Below are positions 47,330-63,268 of a stretch of DNA of 64,000 bases, in pieces. A model generated the notes under the pieces. The model saw nothing but the letters and a program-made list of their open reading frames with translations. It was not told where the DNA came from and did no database searches. The DNA comes from Eledone cirrhosa (taxonomy: Eukaryota). Position numbers and translations under genes: made by a program. The stretch spans positions 20,212,001-20,276,000 of the forward strand of contig OZ024758.1 of assembly GCA_964016885.1 (NCBI GenBank), in the 5' to 3' direction. Numbering within the stretch: the first letter of the stretch is position 1; each line of letters begins with the position of its first letter.

Positions 47330-47569
47330 AGATGGAGGGTGGGTGGTTTTTCTCAGATGTGAGAAAAACCACCCACCCTCCGTCTCAACTCTACTTTTGA
47401 AAAGCAGAAGAACTGCGAAACCGGTAAAGGGACCAAATAAATACATATATTTTTTTTTAAATAAGACTCCAGTTGCATTTTCGATTTGATATTTTTTTCT
47501 TTATACTTTCACTCGTGTAGGACACCTCGGTTATTTTTCATTTTGTAAAAAAAAAAACATACTTTATAA

Positions 47570-47570
<1 letters not shown>
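47330..47570 (+). mobile_element. Family D element with 5' hairpin and hammerhead
   Basis: Near-perfect 26-bp hairpin 47330-47385, then the hammerhead and a tail homologous to 38050-38180. (TA)n flanks. Confidence 0.7.
47394..47429 (+). ncRNA. Minimal type-I hammerhead with U3-A8 core
   Basis: CTT-TTGAAAA-GCAG aagaa CTGC-GAAA-CCGG-TA^AAG. Palindromic stem III ACCGGT; stem I is only 3 bp. Confidence 0.7.
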
Positions 47571-47640
<70 letters not shown>

Positions 47641-47644
<4 letters not shown>

Positions 47645-48128
47645 AGATCAAAAGATGGTTAAAGGAGTTCCATGTATTTTATTATGCGCATTTCAAAAAC
47701 AAACATCGTCATGCAATAATTGTTTCTACTTTAGGCACAAGGCCAGCAAATACCCAGTTCATTACTGGTACTTTATGCAATAATATTGTGTTTTCATCAG
47801 ATAAAACAGGAGAACATGATATGAAGGCTAAAAAACATTTGTGGATAGTGCAGTTTTAAATCAACATATCTATCAACTGCACTATCAACTGCACTATCCA
47901 CAAGTGTTTGTTAGCCTTCATATCATGTTCTCCTGTTTTATCTGATGAAAACACAAATATCATTGCATGATGATGTTTGTTTTTGAAATGCCCATAATAA
48001 AATACATGGAACTCCTTTAACCATCTTTTGATCTTATAATATGTATACTCCAGTCCTACAAACTGTAGAGTGCTTCTTATCCGAATCTTCATTGCTTTAT
48101 TGTACTACAATAAAACTCACCTCCTACA
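47641..48128 (+). mobile_element. Fold-back element with a hammerhead in both arms
   Basis: Arms 47641-47855 and 47888-48037, tail with TACTC...GAGTG hairpin, (TA)n flanks. A SINE fragment (47716-47774, TSD ATGCAATAAT) is in the left arm only. Confidence 0.85.
47936..48002 (+). ncRNA. Type-I hammerhead
   Basis: TTTTAT-CTGATGA-long stem II-GAAA-TGCCCA-TA^ATAAAA. The mirror copy (47677-47806, minus) keeps the perfect palindrome ATGCGCAT. Confidence 0.85.
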
Positions 48129-48179
48129 TATATATATATATACACATATATGATTAAATATTTATATATATATATATAT

Positions 48180-48278
<99 letters not shown>

Positions 48279-48511
48279 TAAATTAGCGAGAATCGTATTT
48301 CAGCTCAGGAATTAACGACAATCTACTTCCGAGATGTCTGGCAAGCGCTCGATGATTCATATGAATCAAAGCTACAACATACGTTAAGGGCCAAACACAC
48401 TAAGATTGTGGTTAAACAAATCATCCGTAAAGCCAAAACAAGCGACCAAATAATTCATAAATTCACCGATATATATATATATACGCATATGTGGATAAAT
48501 ATTTATATGAG

Positions 48512-48542
<31 letters not shown>

Positions 48543-49017
48543 TAAACATGTTGCACACTAGATGATGCCACTGTGTTCTATATATTTTCCCATTGTAAAC
48601 AGTCGATTGTCTGTGTCTGAAACAGAAATACATATATAGCGAACAAAACAGAAATAAAAAAGTCGTATAAGAAAAAACGTTTTCCTTGATTTTTACGATT
48701 TTATCTTTTTTACATACTGTCCTATTTATGTTTCCTGAAAAAATATACATCGAAATATTATTGAATAGATTTTCTTTTCTACAGTACTGTTGATTCTTTA
48801 CATTACCATAATATTTTTCAAGAGAAATATTTTTGAATGTGTTTATTTCTGTTCAACGGATGCGAGATTGTTATGTTTCAAAATACATCTTTTCTTAATT
48901 TCATTTTTCTTTATTTTTTTCGTTTTCTGAATTCAAGAAGTGAACTATATACGAGCAAAAGCCACTTTCAAAAAAGAACATGTGTCTCATACAAACAAAT
49001 CCACAAACACACCTGTA

Positions 49018-51820
<2,803 letters not shown>

Positions 51821-51825
<5 letters not shown>

Positions 51826-52108
51826 ATTAAATAAATGGAAACTATATTTATAAAACCATATTTATTTCATTATATATATTTCGGGGATATCATATTAACA
51901 ATATGCTATGCCTTCCTGCGGAAGGCATAGCATATTGTTAATATGATATCCCCGAATATATATATAATGAAATAAATATGGGTTTTATAAATATAGTTTC
52001 CATTTATTTAATATTGTAAATATACTCCAAATATTTGTCGAGTGCTTTTATAATCAGTTATAAATATTTACTAGTTGTAACCCAACAATTTTAAATATAA
52101 CTTTCCAT
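51821..52108 (+). mobile_element. Family B fold-back element (truncated inside the hammerhead core)
   Basis: Arms 51821-51916 and 51920-52017, loop TGC. Tail homologous to 54006-54091. Confidence 0.85.
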
Positions 52109-52713
52109 ATATATATATATATATATTTGTATATATAATATATATATATATATATATATTCATTCATATAACCATATATATAAAAGAAATTCAATACATG
52201 CATATATGTACATATATATTACATTATATATCACACACGCAGTCATATATAAAACCATACAGATTTAAGTATACGGTACTATGTGTGTTGAGTGGTGTAT
52301 GTGCAGACCCATTTCTAGTGTTAGTGTTCACTAGAAATACTTTAGATATATGCAGATCTTATGTCAATAAAACGAAACAAACGTCAAACTTTTAGTTGTC
52401 GTTTTAGTGATGAAATTCTTGAATACATTTTTACGATTATACTCTCAAATTATTTCTACACATAACTACATTATTGAATGTAACACATACGCACATACTC
52501 ATACTTACACATGAACCCACACTATATATATACACACATACATACACACGCACACACACATATTACATGTATATTATATATATAATATATATTATATATA
52601 TATTATATATATATATATATATATAATATATATATATATATAATCATCGATTCTTTGCTAAAACTTTAATCTGTACATATAATAAATATTTGCTCTATGG
52701 TTTTATATATATA

Positions 52714-52760
<47 letters not shown>

Positions 52761-52839
52761 GTGTGTGTGTGTATATGTGTGTATAAACCTTATCGGTGCC
52801 TCTCTCGGAGTTTATTATGTATTACTACTTTATTATTAC

Positions 52840-53028
52840 GGCGGTGGATTGGCAGTATCGGTAGAGAGTCGGACGTCATGTTTCCCAGCATAGTTACGCC
52901 CCCTTTACGGTCTGAGTTCAAACCCGACGAGGTTAACTTTGCCTTTCATCCTTACGGGGTCCGATAAAATAAAGTACCAGTAATGAACTGGGTAATTGCT
53001 GGTCTTGTGCCACAAGTAGAAACAATTA
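52840..53028 (+). mobile_element. SINE copy
   Basis: Full consensus. Confidence 0.9.
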
Positions 53029-53645
53029 TGTATTATTACTACTATATGTATATATATATATAATCATATATATATATATATATATAATGTGTGTGTGAGT
53101 GTGTAGTGTATGTGTGTGTGTATAAGTGTGTATTACTGACTGCTTTGTTCGTTCATATGTAAGTAATTGTATGTATGTCTGCGTGTGTGTGTATATCTTT
53201 GTATGTGTGTGCATGTAAGCTTATATATATGTATGTTTGGTCTCTATATGTACTGTATATATATATTTCCATTCCTACGTATATAAATGTATCAGTAATT
53301 ACATTACTCAAGTCCACATGACGAAAACCTAAGATGAACATGGAAGGAATTTTGCGGGAGAACAACTTAAAGAATCAACAAACTATTGACATGTAGCAGC
53401 TCTGCGATTAGTTTGTTACCTACCACACGCTGAGAAAGCTCATGCCAAATGTTAACTGCGTGTGGTAGGAAGGATCTATCGCAGAATTTCATCATTGACC
53501 CCTACCAAGAAACGATAAGTAAATCAACGAAGTAACAAAGCATGGTTTTACCTGTGTTAAATGATGTACATATGTCATTTTGCGTGCGTTTATGTATCCT
53601 GCATATCAGTGTATAATTATACATATAAATATATATATATATATA

Positions 53646-54090
53646 TATACGATATTAAACAAATGGAAACTATATTTATAAAACCATATTTATTTCATTA
53701 TACATAATTTCAGGGATACCATATTAAAAATATGGCATGCCTTCGTCAGCTAAAATACAATATATAAACAGTTTTATAAATAATTTTGACGTACCATAAT
53801 ATAAGCGACCATTAAATTAGGAGGCTGCCTAATTTAAATCGTCGCTTATATTATGGTACGTCAAAATTATTTATAAAAACTGTTTATATATTGTATTTTA
53901 TCTGACGAAGGCATGCCATATTTTTAATATGGTATCCCTGAAATATGTATAATGAAATAAATATGGTTTTATAAATATAGTTTCCATTTGTTTAATATCG
54001 TATATCTACTCCAAAAACGTGTCGAGTGCTTTATATCAGTTATAAAATATTTACTTGTTGTAACCCAACAATTTTAAATAAAACTATTGC

Positions 54091-54091
<1 letters not shown>
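53646..54091 (+). mobile_element. Family B fold-back element
   Basis: Arms 53646-53821 and 53828-54005 with a hammerhead in each arm, plus a tail with hairpin. (TA)n flanks. Confidence 0.88.
53894..53959 (+). ncRNA. Type-I hammerhead (intact core)
   Basis: TATTTTAT-CTGACGA-AGG..ATGCCATAT..ATATGGTAT..CCT-GAAA-TATGTA-TA^ATGAAATA. Mirror copy at 53691-53757 (minus). Confidence 0.88.
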
Positions 54092-54868
<777 letters not shown>

Positions 54869-55469
54869 ATATTGGAAAATGTGTGAGATCCCTGGTACAA
54901 TTAGGAATATTTGAAGAAAAATGGAAAGAATGACTGCATTTGTAGTTCTAAATAATTTGATTTAATTTCATAACATTATATTGTGACCAGCATCTCATAA
55001 TATTATAATATTGTAAAATAAAATAAAATTATTTAGAACTACAAGTAAGGGCATTCCTTTCATTTCTTTCATATATATATATATCTATATATATATATAT
55101 ATACGTGTGTGTGTGTGTGTGTATTTCTTTTGCAACTTCATTTATCTGAAATCCTGTCCGGAAACAGATATCCTCCTTATATTTAAGGAGAGTTATTTTC
55201 TCATAACATTGCTCGAAAAATAAAGTAAAAAACAACCGTTGTTTGCTTTGGTTTTCGCTTCAGTATATTTAATTATTTATTCATATATTTAACTGTTACT
55301 CAAAAATTAAGAATCATTGACTGCCAGCTGAATTATTCATAGAAATATAAAAATATACTGAACGAAAATGAAACAGAAGAGTGAGTCTGTTTTACTATAT
55401 TCTTCTTGCAATATTATAACATGACCCTGCGCAAATATAACTATATATACATACACACACTCATATACA

Positions 55470-55530
55470 TATTTTATTATACGAATTTCAAGGCTACCAA
55501 TATTTTAGTACGCTTTCGTCAGATAAGATA
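55470..55530 (-). ncRNA. Type-I hammerhead (diverged)
   Basis: TATCTTAT-CTGACGA-AAG..TACTAA..TTGGTA..CTT-GAAA-TTCGTA-TA^ATAAAATA. Confidence 0.78.
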
Positions 55531-55731
55531 CAATAATTGGTGAAAAATGGTGACATATCTTCATGTGAACTACATATTATAAGTGTATTGTAGTTTATAT
55601 ATATATATATATATAATAGCACTGTTTCAAATATTTAAGCACATTTGTTAATTGCTTTATTTATTACGCTTTAATTAGGAAATATGATACATTCATTGTA
55701 TATAAATAAAATTATTTCATTACACCCTGAG

Positions 55732-55920
55732 GGCGGTGGATTGTGAGTATCGGTAGAGGGTCGGACGCTATGCTTTGACGCATAGAGTTACGGCCCTTGC
55801 CACTCTGAGTTCAAATACCGCCGAGGTTAACTTAGCCTTTCATCCTTATGGAGTCGATAAAATAAAGTACCAGTAATACACTGTTTAATTGATGGCCTTG
55901 TGTCAAAAGTAGAAACAATT
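55732..55920 (+). mobile_element. SINE copy
   Basis: Full consensus; TSD AATTATTTCATTACAC at 55710 and 55917. Confidence 0.92.
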
Positions 55921-56006
55921 ATTTCATTACACTTTATCTGAACTCCTTTTAAATGACGGTGAATATGACGTATTTAATTTCGCCATCATCTGAGGCCGGG
56001 TATTCC

Positions 56007-56137
56007 GATGGACCATAACGGACCAGAGTACTCAATACCTAGGGTAGCAGAGTGGGTAATAGGATACATTATGACCCAGACGGCAGAGCTCAAGCCGTTT
56101 CGACGGATTGAGCTCTGCCGTAGGGATCATACTTTCT

Positions 56138-56141
<4 letters not shown>
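56007..56141 (-). mobile_element. Family A fold-back element
   Basis: GGACCATAACG...GGGTAATAGG, fold-back centred ~56100, ending TCCTA-(TA)n. Confidence 0.75.
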
Positions 56142-56205
<64 letters not shown>

Positions 56206-56384
56206 CGCCTGAATACGTATGTGTGTGAGTCTGAGTGTGTATGCGTGTGTATCAGTGTGTGCTTACTTTGTGTGCCTGTTTGCGTGTATATATATATAAT
56301 TTATATATACACCAACCCACGCCACTTGTAACGTTTGCGTTAGGAGTTATTGAAGATAAAAAACACAACTTAGGCACTAATTGA

Positions 56385-57050
56385 ATCAAATATATATTCC
56401 CCATATAAATCAATACCTATCTTTCAACACCGTAAAAAGTACCGTATGCCATTTCTATAGAAATGAGATGGTTTCAGTCGCGTAGTTCCATTTCAAGTGC
56501 TTCTACGGAATTGTAAGCTTTTCCATTAAGTAAATGTTACAAAGATTCATGTTAATCGAACGAGCAAGGTCAGAAGAATATGGAGAACGTAGAATTTTTT
56601 TCCCAGTCAAGTATATTGTTCTAGGAAGATTATTTTAGTCGTGATAGAAAATACCATCGTTTCAATTTACTTGAGAGCATTATTTTTTCTGTCCATTGTT
56701 TTCACACAATTCATGTTGAATCAATATGCCAGACTTAGATACGAGTCTAAGTCACTGAAAATGGCGATGGATGTTTGATAGTTCTGGAGTAACCTCTTTT
56801 ACTATATCTAACTGTGACATTGGAATATATTTTTCTTTTCAAAAAAGCTTTCAACGTATCATTATCAAAGGATACATGGCGTATGGTGCGGTGCTCATCG
56901 TACAAGTCAAATTGCACTTGTTGATATATATTCAACCGTCTTTGGTACACTCCAAACATTCAAAAAGCCTTTAACATATATGTTTTGCAATTTTTATTTA
57001 CATTATTCGTAAAACAGTGGCATATTTTAAACACGCAAAGACTGATGTAT
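56385..57050 (-). pseudogene. Mariner (Tc1/mariner) transposase relic, internally deleted
   Basis: FDLYDEHRTIRHVSFDNDTLKAFL (HTH2 region), ILIQHEL (cf. WVPHEL), LDWEKILRSPYSSDLA (cf. YSPDLAP), FYRNGI...GEY, in order. Confidence 0.8.
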
Positions 57051-57311
57051 CATATGCGCTCTTTGTTCATTCCACCTTTCAAGGATGATTATTAAAGCAA
57101 CACTGGAATTTGTGTCTGTGAGCCGGAAAGTATATAATTGAAGCTATTCCGTTTCTGCAGTATACAGCAGGAGAATAAATATGTTTAGCCTCACTGGAAC
57201 ATCTTTTAACAAGTACAGTGTAAAATCGATATTCCTTGTGGGCTGAAATAAAAAATATATATATATATTAATTCAAAATATTAACAAAATAGATATTCTT
57301 GTGATCAATTA

Positions 57312-57377
57312 TATTTTATTATACATATTTCAGAGGTACTGTGTTAAGTTCACAGTACGTCCTCATCATATAAAATA
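57312..57377 (-). ncRNA. Degenerate type-I hammerhead (C3>A)
   Basis: TATTTTAT-ATGATGA-GG..GTACTGTG aacttaa CACAGTAC..CT-GAAA-TATGTA-TA^ATAAAATA. Perfect 8-bp stem I. Confidence 0.78.
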
Positions 57378-57789
57378 GATGATGCATGCCATACCCTGAC
57401 AAAGTAGATGGTTAATATTCAGTTATGGTAGTGATTAACTTATGACAAAACTCAATATTTATACCCTAATATTGATAACATGAGATAACAAACAATAGAG
57501 AGGCTGCGTGTAATACAGCTTAAAAAATACATGGCATCAATATAACAGTTATAACTTTTTTTTAAACTACTGGAGAAAGAGGAGGGGAAGGAAAGCATAG
57601 AGGAAGAAACAGCTGATGTGATAATATATGTAGTAGGTGGCTTGAAAAAGAACAGATGAAAGATGATTAAAGGGAGAGAGAAAGAAAGAGGAGTAATTTA
57701 TGTTCAAATTTATATACAGATTTCCATATATGCAACACATATCCAAATTAATATAATATAGTTGGCCGTTAATTTTCAAAACATTTAAT

Positions 57790-58050
57790 TTAAGTTATTT
57801 CAGAGTAAGGAATAATATTTTAGGTTTTAAAAGTTAATAGGTATTTGTATTAATATTACAATTATGTTTAGTTTCTAAAATTCAAATTTTATGATAACAA
57901 ATTTAAAGGATTTACGAAACGCGAGAAAGAAAATATATAATGTTTTTATACCCTCACGAAGGTAATCTTTACCAGAATTATTTATAATATTGACAACAGT
58001 TTATATAATATAATTTATAAAATAATTATTGTTATAATTATTAAAGAATG
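57790..58050 (-). pseudogene. Possible GIY-YIG endonuclease relic of a Penelope-like element
   Basis: IIYKLYYINCCQYYNK followed by LREGIKT resembles PLE 'IYxxxCxxCxxxYIG..LRER'. It lies upstream of and on the same strand as the 57.3-kb hammerhead. Confidence 0.4.
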
Positions 58051-59371
58051 TATTGTTAAATAGTTTGAGTGCCTAAAGGATCAACCGGCCTTATAACTAA
58101 ACTGAAAGAAGTTCGAATTTTTAATTATATATATGTGTTGATAAAAAAATACAAGGATTATAGTTTATTATTTGTTTATAGTTGAGGTGATACCTTTCAA
58201 ATATATATAATATAATACTATAATACAATAATAAAATATAGCGAATAAGTTACTGAAAATATTGTTCAAAAAATATATATAGTTAAAAAATATTGTTAAA
58301 AAATATTGCTAAAGAATTAATGTTTTATATCAACTATTTTCATTTAGTTGATATATACATTTAACATATAAGTCAAAGTTATACGAGTCCTAACATATTG
58401 TTAAATGTTTAACAATATTTTAGGACTCATATAATTTTGACTTAGTTTAAATGAAGAATTGCTGGTTTGTGTCTGAACGCCGGAAAGTATCTAATTGAAG
58501 CTATTCTATATTATTACTATATATATATATATATATATATACGGCGTGTGTAGCCCATTTAGTACAAATTTCTATGTTTTTTTTATTATTTCTTCAAACG
58601 ATATTTAAGTGGTTATCGTACCATTGGAATATTGTAATACAAACTTTTCAGAAAACGTCATATTCCCAATTTCGAAAATTGTGACACTTTGAATTGCGAA
58701 CAGGGTGAATTTAGTACTGTATTTTACATGAATCTATCTTTCACAGTGTTTTGTCATTTGTAAAGTACGTGTATCTTTTCTCCATTTATTTGTTAAATAT
58801 GTTACCTTTTTTTTTCTATCTCTCAAAACGTTCGATATTTAGTGTTCTCTTGTTTTCTATATATTCAACAGGTTATCTTGAATCACTTGCACTTTCGAAT
58901 ATGTATTAACTTATTCGTAATCCAGGTGTGTTCAACTAAAACCTCATTCAAACCCATCATTGCTTATATAATTTCCTTTTCACTAAATCGCTGTACATGT
59001 ATGTCTATTCTCTCTTATCATTCTTTTGCTTTTAAACGTTTTCTTGTTCATGGTTTTGTCAATGGATCTTCCTGGAACTGAAGATAGTATTCTCCTCAGC
59101 TATCCCACATGGTCAAGTATTTCAGTAAATAATCTCCGGAATCTTACTTTTATATTCATACCCAGCCTCGTAGCCTTAACGTATTATGTATTATAATAGC
59201 CTTCCTCTATACATGCATTTTTCCCCAATGCCTCCTAACAAACCTAAGGCATTATTTTTGGTGTTATTTCCATGGCGATTTCTTTACAGATGGTGCTTTA
59301 CAATTTAATCTTCTTCGTCATCTATCTAACATCCTCTTTTATTCATTCCATTTCCTATGTCACCCACCATC

Positions 59372-59551
59372 TGGCAGTATCGGTAGAGGGTCGGGCGCCA
59401 TGCTTTGACGCATAGAGTTACGGCCCTTGCCATCCTGAGTTCAAATACCGCCGAGGTTAACTTTGCCTTTCATCCTTATGGGTTCGGTAAAATAAAGTAC
59501 TAGTAATACACTGGGTAATTGCAGGCCTGTGCCAAAAGTAGAAACAATTAT
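59372..59551 (+). mobile_element. SINE copy
   Basis: Full consensus. Confidence 0.9.
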
Positions 59552-61201
59552 ATAACATAACGAAATATACAATTATGTTAAATTGTTAATACTGATGTGT
59601 CTCCGATTATATTTGGAGAGAGTTCCACAGAAAAACATGTATCGTTTTCCTATATATGGTATAATTATGAAAAATTATATATTATAATTAGATAGTTATT
59701 TCATTGTTAATTTGTTTAGTAACATTGATTATGGTAGCTAATAAATTGTACTCTAATCTAATAAGAACCAGAATTAAGAATTAACTTTTACAATCATACG
59801 TTTTTCTTTTAATCTTAATCGACCCGCTGCACCTGCTCAGATGGTAACGAAACCTAAAGAAAACTAAAATTAATTAACATTTGTATTGTGTTCTATTTAA
59901 GGTTTTTGTTTAGAAAACCTCAGTCATGTTCTACAAATATATTGATCGATCCCGGTTAAAATGTGCTTATTTCAGCTAAATTTGTATTTGTTTCCCTATA
60001 TCCTTTGTTATCAGACAGGTTATTTTTGCTCACTTCCTGAGTATAATATTTAAAGATTTCTTTACCCATTCTGCTATTATACTGACCAAAATACAGCGAA
60101 TTAATTCAATAGATATTTCTATGGCAAATTATATATCCAAAACGAAATGTACTCGCTTAATCGAGGTCTTTTCTTGTAAAAGAATTTATTATATCCCCCC
60201 TAGTTTCATATTCTTCCAGGAACAAGGATGAAAACCGTTCCGACTCTGATACATATTCCTGCAAAGTCTCCGAAGAGCAATTTTGCTCTAAATGTTTATT
60301 TAGTAACACATAAAAAATAAAGCAGATATTATTCTGGAATCCTCATGCAGATGCAGCGTGAGATTACAGTCCGAAAAATATGAAAACTGTTACTAATATG
60401 TGTATAGTTAATTTGGCTTCGATTTTAAATGGTTTACTTTATATTTTATGTAGCATGTGAAAATACATAATAAATGTGGGCTAGCATTTTTGACTAAAAG
60501 TTGTCATTCAAAGACAAATCCCGTGATAATAAAATATGACACGTTGTAATCAAATATCAGAATGTATTAAATAAATATAACATAACGTCTCACAAAATGA
60601 ATGAATTAATGACTAAATCCCAGATTTATTAATTGGTCATAAAAGTAATTAATTATAGATCAAATGCTAACATGAATCAGTTTTTCAGTTGTAATTAACA
60701 GTATATGTAGCAATACTCGCAGGAAATTCATAAATAAATACGAATACATACTGACGGATAGCAAATGTGTCGTATGTTGTATTGAAATGTAATGTTAGTA
60801 TGTTTCCACCAATTTCTCCGCAGGTCATCGGGTATAGGCTAACTATATTTTCCCGATTAATCGGCATCGGTTCGATAGGAGTTGAACATAATTGTTTTTA
60901 TATATTTCTTTAAATAGTAGGTTGGAGAGAAAAAAGTCACTGGAGACATTTTTGATTAAACAAAGATAAATAAAGATAACTAAAAAATAAAAATTATTTC
61001 AAAGGATGCCTAAATCAAGTCCATTAGAGTGTTCTTTTTCTAGAACGCACAGGGCTATACACCTGGGAATTTATATCGTTTGGCCAACGAGCACAGCTAC
61101 TGGTAGATAAAACATATCAAATATACTTGAGACGTTACATCCCACCTGATTAGAGGTGTAATCGATTGATCTTTGGACATGCAGTTAATTAAAAATCATA
61201 T

Positions 61202-61500
61202 GTGCATTACTGGTTCTTTATTTTATCGACCACGTAAGGATGAAAGGCAGAGTTAACGTCGGCCATGTTTTGAACTGAGACCGTAAAAGGCCGTAACTCT
61301 ATGCTGGAAAACATGGTGCCTGACCCTAATGATTGTTTCTACTTTTGGCACAAGACCAGCAATGATCCCAGTGTATTACTGGTGCTTTATTTTATCGACC
61401 CCGTAAGAATGGAAGGTAAAGTTAACGTCGACGGGACTTGAACTCAGACCGTAAAGGGAAGTAACTATGCTGGAAAGCATGGCGTCTGTCCCTCTGCCAA
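61202..61500 (-). mobile_element. Two tandem SINE copies
   Basis: Reverse-complement consensus, twice. Confidence 0.85.
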
Positions 61501-63078
61501 ATGATATCTTAGATGAGTAAAACAAGAAATAACATTTGATAATCAAATTTACGATAAAAGCAAGTATATAAATATTTATATTTTTGTATTCATTATAATA
61601 AAAATCGGAAACAAATATGTTTCTAAGTACGTCAACACTACAGATATTTCAAAGCGAAAATTGAGGGGGAGGGCAAGTGATCTAGCTTTACAGAAGAAGG
61701 GGCGGGAAGAGATGGGTGATAGGCGCTTGGAGAGGGGTGATAGGCGCTTGGTCTAGGGTATGACCGTGCTATGCTAAAGTTAATAGCTTCAATGAACAGT
61801 TCTCTCTTTATGGAAAAGTTATGCTGTTCTGAAGCGGCTGGAGATGTTCATTCTTAACCATATAGTGCATACCTGTTCCTACTTGGGTGCCTATGGCAAA
61901 CCAAAACTCTGACCTATTTTCAGAAGATAATATATCAGCACCCAAGCCAGTTAACGCTGCGATAGTCATATTGACCCATCCTACAGTAAACAGACAAAAC
62001 ATCCTTGGCGTATATCGCATTGTTATAAAATACTTTGGAGAAGATATATTAATCTATCGATGAACATATGCCCAAATATTTTTCCTACTTTCTCTTGTCC
62101 TTCTTCCTTTCTTTATAACAACTTGTAACTATTGCTAAACAGTCGCCGACACGGCTAAAATGGAAGATTACACACCAACTACCTATGCAATCCAACAAAT
62201 TCTCTGATATTCCAACTGAATATGAAATGGCAATGCCTTAGATATGTATGTCGTTGTCACTTGGGATGTGCTCAGTATGTAAATGAAATAACTGATATAC
62301 AGTTCATAGCCGCATTTCATTCACTCTTCTTTATAAGACATATTCCGCTTTTTCTTTACAGAAACCATCATTTTGTATGGCAACATACAGAATGTGTGTC
62401 CTTTTACACACAAGATTTACTTTACAACACAATCATTGTCACAAACACAAAAAATACTAAATCAATATGAATGTTTCTAAATTGCCTATTTCGTCATAGT
62501 AAATACGTCTTATATTTTCTTTGTCGATAAAATGTTTCATATATACCTTTTAATATAAAAATACTATTTATTTTTTTGTATAATATTCGTTTATATTAAG
62601 TGGTTTTATGAGCTTGAAACATCTCATTTGTGTCTTATTTAAATATAGATAGATTTTAATATTAGAATATATATTTTGCACAAGAAAGAAAATTATGTAT
62701 TAGACAAAGGATACTGCGGAAATCTATAATTTGATTTTCAAGTATATCTATTAAGAATCGTGTTTTATATATCATTGTCTTCATAATCGATTCCTGTCAT
62801 TTTTAGAAATGCTATTTTCTATGATGTTCTGTGTGTGGTGGCGTATATATTTCGTGTTCATTATCATCCCTATTCAGTAAACTGTAGCTTATCCCATCAA
62901 TCTCGTTGTATTTATACTGTCTATCAGAAATGTAGCAAAGACCTACATGGACATATGCACAATAACACTTTTCTGGCATACATTGATATATTAAGTTATA
63001 CTCCTTCTTTTATATGGGAACTGGACTATTCAAGTCCTATACGCCAATATAATATTTCCAAATATTATACTCAATCAA

Positions 63079-63268
63079 GGGTGGTGGATTGGCAGTATCG
63101 GTAGAAGGTCGGACGCCATGCTTTCCAGCATAGTTACGTCCCTTTATGATCTGAGTTCAAATCCCGCCGAGGTTGACTTTGCCTTTCATCCTTACGGGGT
63201 CGATAAAATAAAGTACCAGTAATGCACTGGGTAATTTGCTGGCCTTGTGCCTAAAGTAGAAACAATTA
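63079..63268 (+). mobile_element. SINE copy (near consensus)
   Basis: A and B boxes, core and tail; TSD ATTATACTCAATCA at 63064 and 63265. Confidence 0.93.

Noticed and set aside
58800-59360. Possible decayed LINE on the minus strand
   Set aside because: No diagnostic motif could be read.
61714-61751. 17-bp tandem duplication GGGTGATAGGCGCTTGG
   Set aside because: Only two copies; ordinary slippage.
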